This document shows positions 55,034 to 64,000 of a stretch of 64,000 nucleotides of DNA, in pieces. A program made the position numbers and the translations under genes. The DNA is from the human T2T-CHM13v2.0 reference genome, Homo sapiens: assembly GCF_009914755.1 (NCBI RefSeq), contig NC_060939.1, one strand, 5' to 3'. The stretch's first letter is position 1; every line of letters starts with the position of its first letter. Under the pieces are notes generated by a model. That model saw nothing but the letters and a program-made list of their open reading frames with translations. It had not been told where the DNA came from and ran no database searches.

Positions 55034-56019
55034 CCCAGCCAATGAACGTGTAGCATCTGATGAACTAGAGACATCAGTTATGGTAATTTCTAAGTGTTAA
55101 CATTAACTCAGAGATGAGCAGGAAGGTAGTGACTATTTACATAAATGATAGGAATTTAAGAACATTTATCTACTTAGTATTTTTAAATTAAACTTCAGGT
55201 AACATTGAAGAAGTATTTATTTTGTATCTAATGCAATGCATTACTATATCATATGCATTTATGAGAGTTAATTTTCTTAATTGAAGAATTGTATGCATTG
55301 CAAGCACTTATTAACTTAGAGTTTTAAAAGTTTTTAAAATGTCTGAATCATGTAAGAGAACTCAGAAAAAACAGAGATGACATGCTAATGAAACTTTAGA
55401 GTAGAGTTCAAATAGATTCTGAGATGGAAATGAAATTCCTATATGAAAATGGATGGGGAATATTGAAAAAAAAGAAAAGAAAACAATTGGAAATGAGAAG
55501 GGGAGGGAAACACTGTTGGAATAATGAAGTGAAAGTACTGGATTCGAATAATGAACAGGTGAAATCAACCTGAACAAGCAAGACATAGGAAATATGAATT
55601 ACAGCCAGGAGCACTGCAAGATATTGGGGGCAAGAGTTAAACCCATCAAATAATACACCGACTGCTATTCTGATGAAGAGGTTTCATGCAACCCGCACTG
55701 AAGCCCCCTCTTCCATGATGAGAGCTGCTCACAGCTGAATGCAAGTTGAGAAACAAGAAAACCACGGGGAAGCATAGCACAACCGAGAAATGGTGTCCGC
55801 TTCGACAGGGCTGGGATTAAGTCACCAGCTAGACCTTGAGGGTATGACCACTAGTCTTATTAAATATTGTGCCTAAAAATGGGTTTGCTAATTGTGTTTA
55901 CAAAGAAACATATAAGTAGGTAAATTATATTTATTTATATTTTATGAATAGCTATTGATATCTGTTAGAACACTGCATGTTACATCAGCTTCAATTAGTT
56001 GGTAATTATTTGTTTGCTT

Positions 56020-56440
56020 ACTTCTGTCTGCTTTCCCCAATAGACTAGAAACTTCCCAAGAGCACAGGCCATCTCAATCTTGTTCATCATTCTATCCCTG
56101 GTTTCCGTTGCATTATCTAGCACAGGATTGCCCAGTCTTTTGGCTTCCCTGGGCCACATTGGAAGAAGAAGAATTTTCTCGGGCCACACATAAAATACAC
56201 GAACACTAACGATAGCTGATATATATGTATATATATATATGATATATATATAGTATGATATATACTAATGATAGCTGGCTAACTAAAAAAGAAATTGCAA
56301 AGAAAACCTCATAATGTTTTAAGAAAGTTTATGAATTTGTATTGGGCCACATTCAAAGCTGTCCTGGGCTACATGTGGCCCACGGGCTGCAGGTTGGACA
56401 AGCTTAATCTAGCATATAATTGATGCTCAGTAGATGTGGG
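56020..56440 (+). mobile_element. L2 3' end, split by MER30
   Basis: tagactagaaacttcccaagagcacaggccatctc..cttgttcatcattctatccc...[MER30]...gatgctcagtagatg. Confidence 0.7.
56123..56406 (+). mobile_element. MER30 hAT-Charlie DNA transposon, full length
   Basis: cttttggcttccctgggccacattggaagaagaagaatt...ggttggacaagctt; perfect 8-bp TSD atctagca at 56115-56122 and 56407-56414. Confidence 0.93.
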
Positions 56441-56904
56441 TTATGATATGATATAATGCCTGCACCACAAGATACAAGGACAGAAGCATCGTAAAATCAT
56501 AATGCAAGTTGGGAAAGTACAATGAAAATATGGAGTTGTGAAGGAGGACTTGAATGATCCCAACTGGAGATTATGGAACAGGCTTTTGTAGAAGGTGGTA
56601 TCTGAAATGGGGCCAGAAGTTTTCAACAAGCAGCGATTTAAGAGCAAGCACTGAGTTTAACCACTCTGGCTTTGGTCACTACCATGGTGTTTTCTGGAAC
56701 CACATAAAATGTCATGGGTCCATGACTGTCTCCTCAACCTCCCCTTGAGTCATTTTCTCTTTGTCTTTGTGTTCTCTGAATCCAGGCTACCTGAACAATG
56801 CCATTGCTGCAAACTTCTTATAGGATGGCAACCTATTTTTTTCTGTGCTTCTCCTTGATAATTCCCATGTAATACTTGCAGTATTTCTATTTTTCTTCTC
56901 TGCC

Positions 56905-57205
56905 TTTTTTTTTTATTATGCTTTAAGTTCTGGGATACATGTACAGAATGTGCAGGTTTGTTGCATAGGTATACACGTGCCATGGTGGTTTGCTACACCC
57001 ATCAATTTGTCATCTACATTAGGTATTTCTCCTAATGCTATCCCCTCCCCTAGCCCGCCACCCCCCGACAAGCCCCAGTGTGTGATGTTCCCCTCCCTGT
57101 GTCCATGTGTTCACATTGTTCAACTCCCAGTTATGAGTGAGAATATGTGGTGTTTGGTTTTCTGTTCCTGTGTTAGTTTGCTGAGAATGATGGTTTCCAG
57201 CTTCA
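56905..57205 (-). mobile_element. L1PA7/PA8-like 3' end, 5'-truncated
   Basis: T tail then ctttaagttctgggatacatg...ttagtttgctgagaatgatggtttccagcttca; ORF 57120-57377(-) ends in the L1 ORF2p C-terminus (KLETIILSKLTQEQKTKH). Confidence 0.92.
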
Positions 57206-57610
57206 AAGTAATAAAAAAAGTCTTAGAGTTTGACAAGTCCATGAATACATCAAGTGGGTTACTTGTATATTTTTTGTACTTTATATTCTCTATTTCTTCA
57301 TGTCCTGGGCACAAGATCCTCCAGTATACTGTCAGAAAACAGAAAGTAACTTCATAATGCATGCATATAAATAGCACACATTTTGTTATTCTGGGAATTA
57401 TTTGGGTTTACCTCTCATGCAACAGGTAAAAAAGAGGGAACCACTAAATAATGAGTAAGGAGAGATACGATAACTTCCCTAGTAATCTTACCTATTACCA
57501 AAGAAAAACTATTCTGGACATAGTTAAGACCTTATCCAAGGACACTGTATTACTTCCATGATTATATTAATTTCTTATTTCCTGAAAACTCTAGTTCTAG
57601 TTTTTTACAG

Positions 57611-57749
57611 AAATAAAAAATGAAATAAACCAAGTATCTCCAGGTAAGAATGATAAAGGAAAAGTAGTTTGAACCAGCTTAATCTGGGTCCAGTAAAACA
57701 ACATTTTAACACTGCTGTTTTCCATTTTTCCAGCAGCCAAAATATTAAG
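57611..57749 (+). other. Candidate microexon pair (33 nt at 57611-57643; 16 or 13 nt at 57734/57737-57749)
   Basis: ttttttacag|...CAG|gtaaga; 90-nt intron with ttttaac and a polypyrimidine tract; ...AAG|gtatga. Splice motifs only, no transcript evidence. Confidence 0.2.
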
Positions 57750-59245
57750 GTATGAAAAACCTATAGTTAACTGAGAAAAAAAGAAAAAAAAAAAACCAAA
57801 ACAAGCCTCTTTCCACCCTTGAAGTTCTTCATACTGTAATGCTGGGGCAGGCCTGTTGGGGGAGGAAAGACTCCTTTTGGATTTACAATATATATTGACC
57901 CTTCAAATAATAACTTAGAAGTAGAGGAGCTCTACCTTGCCCCTCACTGAGTTGTAATTAGTTGCCAGTGAACAAAAGCAGAAAGTGAAAACGAATGCTT
58001 GTAAACTAGCCTCAACCACATCAAAATAGAATGGCTTTTTGCCATTTCCACTGAAAGAGAGACCTTGTTTTTGGTCTCTGCAACTTGAATTTAGATCTGA
58101 AAGACAATTCTCAGGTTCTATTTTCCCTTTCTCAATCAATCAAAAAGAGTCCTGAAGATAATGATTAGGCTGGATAATGATTTTACAAAATAGAAGGTGC
58201 ATGTCTTGTCCATTTACATCTCAGAGTCATTCATTACTTCCTGGAATACTAATCATGGTATTAGGCCTTATCGCTTGTTTTACGGCAAAGGGTCAACTGA
58301 CAAGGACCTAAGGAGGACTCTGAGTATCTGAAATGTAAAAGAAACCTTTCACAGAGGAGTGTTAAATCATAAATGCTTGATGACTTGATGGTACCTTTCA
58401 TTTCAGTCAAAGATGGAGAAGAGACCCGAAAGCAATTGTCTGCTCCTGTAGTTACTAAGTTAAAAGCAAGTCTTCCAGAGTTTCTCTTCAAGGTGGGGAT
58501 CGTTCTGCAGTTGTGGTGTGATTAGAGAGGACTCCATTTTTCAGAATTTGGAAGTTTCACAGGATTTCTTACTATCTCATATCTTTTCATTCTCACACTA
58601 GCAAAAGTCAGAGTGCTGAAGCAAAGTTTTTCTCCTCTTGCTCTTATAGTTTCTGTCTTCACCAAGAAGCAGGCTGCTTGGGAGACTCTATTTCCTTTTC
58701 TAGTTCAATTAAGCTGGTGTCTAGAGCCATTCAACTGAAAATCTCCCATTTATTTTTAATGACTCTTATTTTTGGAATTTATTGTCTTGAATGGGAACAT
58801 TATCCAGTTCAATAGCCAGTTTATAGAGTAAAAGTTGGCTTGATCTAATAGTAAGCAATTTTTACTTTTAAAAATGTGCAGAAAGACCTGAGTGCAATCA
58901 CTGTGGCAATCTGGTATGAGATACTCTGGTGTGAGATTCAGGATATAGGGAAGTCTCTCATTCCATCTGCAGTTAGGCTTTCTCAGGTCTAGGATACTTT
59001 ATTGTTGGGTTTCAGTCTTCCTTTAAGTTCTGAAATTCAGCACCACAAAACCTTGGCAGTTGCAAAATGAAGGTGATTTTGACTTAACCTTTGCCCTCTG
59101 GGCCATGACTTGAGGCATACTGTGGAAAAGACGGAACTAGCTTGCTTAAAAAGTGTTTATGTGTTTTTCTTTTTTCTTTTTTTGACCTTTAATAAAAACT
59201 TTATTTTCTGTGAATGGCTTATTGATTTGCAAATTAGTTGCATTA

Positions 59246-60279
<1,034 letters not shown>

Positions 60280-60659
60280 AAAAGTAACAATAGATAATAT
60301 ATTTTTAAAAATATATAAATTACTACAAATGAGTGAAACTGACTATACATTAGGAAGCCTTTGTCATATGGAACATATAATAACTGATATATGTTACTTA
60401 GTGTTTGCTTTGCCCCTCCATTCACCTACACTAGTCTGCGGCATTGCTGGTTCTTCCATTGTCAAGAGCCTTCCCATCCCATAGACACCCAGGCTGTGAA
60501 AGCTAAGGTGTGCTCTTGACTCCAGATTCTAGTAATCAGAATCAGGACTCTAAAGGCACAGGAATTATATAAAAAAGAAAAACAGGAGGGCAAATACTTG
60601 GAATTTGCCCAACTCGTATCACAATCAAATACTGGAAAAAGAGCTCAATTAAAAAATTT

Positions 60660-60862
60660 ATATTTTAAACAAATATATCATATATAATACATATATAATA
60701 TATAAATATATATAATACATATATAATATGTAAATATATTTAAATATATAATATATATTTAAATATGTAATATATATTTAAATATGTTATATATTTATAT
60801 ATTTAAATATGCAATATATATCATACTATATATATAGTACTATATGTATTTTATGTATATAC
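60660..60862. repeat. TA-rich low-complexity tract with degenerate ~19-bp units (atatatatttaaatatgta)
   Basis: Read directly. Confidence 0.9.
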
Positions 60863-61799
60863 TTACGGTGTTTTTCATATGGGTCTTCTCATTTCATCTT
60901 TTCAACAGCCTTGTTATAGAAATACTCCTGTAATGTCTACTTTACAGTGGTGGAAACAGGTCTGTGAAACAGGTTCACTGCACACTGGCTATCTACTTGC
61001 CTCAGTCTGGTGAAGCAGGCTCAGACACAAGTTATGTAAAGCATGTTTATTACTTACAGACAAGCAGCCAGGGACAACAGAAGCCTAAGATTGTGAGCGT
61101 GTCCTCCAGACTCAGGAAAGCTGCTCAGGGCTAATGGAGTCTTATCTGTATGTGCCCCACTTGCACCGCAGCCAAGGCATGCTGGAAAGCAGCCTGTCCT
61201 GGGGTTTATAGTTTGGGAATCACTTGAAATTCTGGGTGAAAGCATTAAAGGGCACTGGGACAGAGCCTGGGCTATTCCAGTCGTTCCTCCCTATCCCAGG
61301 ATGTTGCATTCCAAGTACATCCTACAGTTACTCTTAAGAACTACAAGCCAGAAAGGCAGGGAAACTGGGTCAGTCCAAGGCCATCCAGAGAACTGTCCTG
61401 CAAGACCTGGTGGCGACTTGAACCTATGACCCCTTGGCCTTAAACCCCATATCCTTGTTCCTCTCATGTTCTGCACAGCAAGGCCCAGCAAGCATCATGG
61501 CCCTCCTCCCATCTTCCACTCCTCAAAGGGCTCTCCTATTAATTTTCCCATTTTAAAATTATTGCACATGTTACTGGTTGTCAACTTATCCATCCTTTGC
61601 AGGATTCTCCAATTTTGATTGGGTTCGCAATGTACTCATTCAAGAAAATTAATTTCTCAGGCTCTTTTGCAGGTGAGAGAGGCTATGTCTGTTTTGGCTA
61701 AGAAATCCTACTCATGGTGTGCCCAAGAAAGTTATTATTTCCAGATATAAGGGAACAGAGCAATGGGCTTTTCCTTTGATCTTGCCCCTTTCTTTTTGC

Positions 61800-62030
61800 C
61801 TTAACTGAATTTGTGCCTTAACTCATACAGTAGAACAGCTGTTTTACAACCACAAGGGTGAACGAGACATATTTAGAATTGCTGAGTGGAAAGATAGAAG
61901 GTGCCTGAGTCTGCTGGCATTATAGAGATACCACAACATCCCTGGAATTGTCTACTTTGGGATTTGTTAATATAAAAGAAAATAATTTTTGTTAGGTTTG
62001 TGTTATATGTGGTCAAATGCAATTCTGAGA
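61800..62030 (+). mobile_element. Probable old MLT1 (MaLR) LTR, 3' fragment
   Basis: gagtggaaagatagaaggtgcctgagtc...ccctggaattgtctactttggga...tgttatatgtggtcaaatgcaattctga. Confidence 0.5.
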
Positions 62031-62124
62031 ATAAGTTATTGCTGGGGGACGAGGCGCGGTATCAGAGAGGGCTGTTAGAGCTGGAACAATAGGAATCCTG
62101 AATCCTGGGAGAATATATAAAGTC

Positions 62125-62645
62125 AGTATTCCAGTTACCTACTGAAATGTAACAAACCACTCCAAACTTCATGGCATAAGGAAACAGCTTTTTATTATGC
62201 TCAACAGTTTCTGTGGGTGAGGGATTCAGAAAGACTACGAGGAGGCAGGGGCATGCTGTCTGGCCTCACCTTGGAAGATGCAAAGGCTGGAAGTGTTTTG
62301 AAGACTGAACACTGCAATCATGTGAAGGCCTGCCTGCTCACAGGCTGGAGGTCGATGCTGACTTATAAAGAAAGGCTTGTGCCTTTCCTGGAGAATCAGT
62401 CTAAACAACTACCTGTGGCCTATTTGTGTGATTGCCTCCACTTCTTTACAACCTGGTGCTGCATTCTGAGTGCAAACATTCCAAGTGCGGCATCATCTTG
62501 AATGGCCTAGCCATGGAAGTCACAAAGCATCACTTGTGCCATAGTCACCATCCTGTCATCCTGATGGAAGGAGTGTCAATATCACAGTAGAAGAGTATGT
62601 GACATGGGAGATCTTGCCATGGCCATCTCAGAAAATACAACCAGC
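62125..62645 (-). mobile_element. MLT1 (MaLR) solo LTR
   Basis: cagttacctact...gtaacaaaccactccaaactt..tggcataa...tttattatgctcaacagtttctgtgggt; cctagccatggaagtcacaaagcatcactt. Confidence 0.75.
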
Positions 62646-62752
62646 TCTGGCATTGGATGGAATTAACCAAACACCCAAAGGAATACTAAATTCTCTTTAG
62701 GTTGCTTTGGACAAGAACAGGAAGAGAAGGCATAAAATATGATAAATACAAC

Positions 62753-62961
62753 AGATATCGTCTGGTTCCATGTTCCCATCCAAATCTTACCTTGAATTGT
62801 AATAATCCCCATGTGTCAAAGGTGGGACCAGGTGTAGGTAATTGGATCATGGGAGCAGTTTCCCTAGCCATGTGGAACTGTAAGCCAATAAAACCTCTTT
62901 TCTTTATAAATTACCCAGTCTTTGGTATCTCTTCATAGAAGTGTGAGAAGGGACTAATACA
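62753..62961 (+). mobile_element. THE1/MST-family solo LTR with a large internal deletion
   Basis: caaatcttaccttgaattgtaataatcccc... joined to ...gccatgtggaactgtaagccaataaaacctcttttctttataaattacccagtc...ggactaataca; perfect TSD acaac at 62748-62752 and 62962-62966. Confidence 0.9.
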
Positions 62962-63024
62962 ACAACCTTTATCTTTTGAGTTTTTTTCAGTGTTACGTGT
63001 TTGTGAAAAAGATTTAAGATATTA

Positions 63025-63235
63025 ATTAGTAACACCATCCATTGGTTGAGATGTTCCTGTGGGCCAGGCATGATACTAAGCTGTTTACATGCATTGCCAC
63101 TTTTAATCTTCACAATAGCTAGGAGGTAAGAATTATCATCCCCAGATCACAGGTGAGGATCAAAAAAGTTGAATAACTGTCTCAGTCTCTATAAGAGCAG
63201 CATTGTCATTCAAATTCAAGTCTGCCAGTCTCTAA
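63025..63235 (-). mobile_element. MIR SINE
   Basis: gccaggcatgatactaagctgtttacatgcatt...taatcttcacaatagctaggaggtaag. Confidence 0.75.
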
Positions 63236-63757
63236 TGCATTTCTTCATACTTCTCATTTATATAAGAAACTGCACAGCCTATCTCTGCCCAGGCTGCTCA
63301 CGACTGACCTCTCATCAACCTATTTGGTCCCAGGTCATGCACTGTACTCTAATTCTTACAGCTATATCTCTGGCTTCTTACCAGCTCAGCTGCCTGTCTG
63401 TGGACCCCTTCACTTTTAGACCGTGGCTATGCACTGGGATTTCCAGCTGTGACTTTTCTCTGGTGTTCAGTGTCCACATTTGCTTCATGTGGGAACTTCC
63501 TACTCTAGCTCTCCCAGTTTGGAGATCGCTGCTTTGCCCTTTTTCTTCCTTTCAGAACAGGCAGAGATTTAGACACATGTAATAGCCTGGCAAAGCAAAC
63601 CTTTGTTGGAGCATTGCCAACTTGTAGTTTTCTTGCTCATTTATAAAGAAGACAGATCTCTTTCATGCAAGGGTAAGGTTTTAGTATCAAGTAATGAGCA
63701 TGGTCTTAAGAAGCAGTCAGAAGTGTTGGTTTAAAATTGTGAGAAAAGACATTTAGT

Positions 63758-64000
63758 GCAGTGCCTCTTAAACATTTAAGTTTCATCTGAAGAATTTGTT
63801 AAAATGCAGATCTGGGTGCATTAGGCCTCGGTAGGGCCTGAAAGTCTGTATTTCTAACCAGCTTCCTTAAGGAAGCTAATGCTGCAAGTCTGTGAATCAC
63901 ATGTTGAATAGGGAGGCTCTGGGGCAGTGATTCTCAGCCTTGGCTGCACACTGGAATCACATGGGAAACTTTAAAAATGACTGACACCTGGATCTCACCC
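63758..64000. mobile_element. Two adjacent MER5-type MITEs; the second is cut by the window edge
   Basis: ttgttaaaatgcagat...ctgtatttctaac...gctaatgctgc; cagtgattctcagccttggctgcacactggaatcacatgggaaactttaaaaa. Confidence 0.75.

Noticed and set aside
57492-57770. Possible 279-nt minus-strand exon (T-rich acceptor at 57771, TAG|gtaag donor at 57491)
   Set aside because: The acceptor comes from a simple A-run, and no partner exon or other support is visible
59036-59046. REST/RE1 left half-site TTCAGCACCAC
   Set aside because: The right half (GGACAG) is absent
61390-61450. tRNA-like B box on the minus strand (GGTTCAAGTC)
   Set aside because: No cloverleaf or A box; better explained as a decayed tRNA-derived SINE
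63860-63877. Perfect 18-bp palindrome agcttccttaaggaagct
   Set aside because: Lies in a MER5 copy; about 0.24 such palindromes are expected by chance in 64 kb (64000/4^9)

Overview
Primate (probably human or great-ape) nuclear DNA: AT-rich, CpG-depleted and intronic or intergenic. I recognise no protein-coding gene, RNA gene, CRISPR array or CpG island, and I cannot place the locus. The ORFs I can assign are LINE-1 ORF2p fragments, Alu-derived frames or low-complexity frames; the rest look like chance ORFs. Identifiable content is interspersed repeat: 11 Alu/FLAM elements, young L1PA and old L1M LINEs, L2, MIR, solo LTRs (MLT2, MER76, THE1/MST, MLT1), hAT DNA transposons (MER30, MER5) and microsatellites. 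Several repeat-free blocks have motif clusters suggesting enhancers. Best-supported curiosities: a twin-primed 5'-inverted L1PA2-like insertion with all junctions readable; an Alu with a perfect internal duplication; a 38-bp unique sequence repeated 1.45 kb away; and a TA-rich insert flanked by a 14-bp duplication inside MER30. The most speculative lead is a cluster of microexon-like splice units at 57.4-57.8 kb. I found no convincing new biological system. Repeat family names come from recalled consensus sequences, not a database search, and boundaries of old repeats are approximate.
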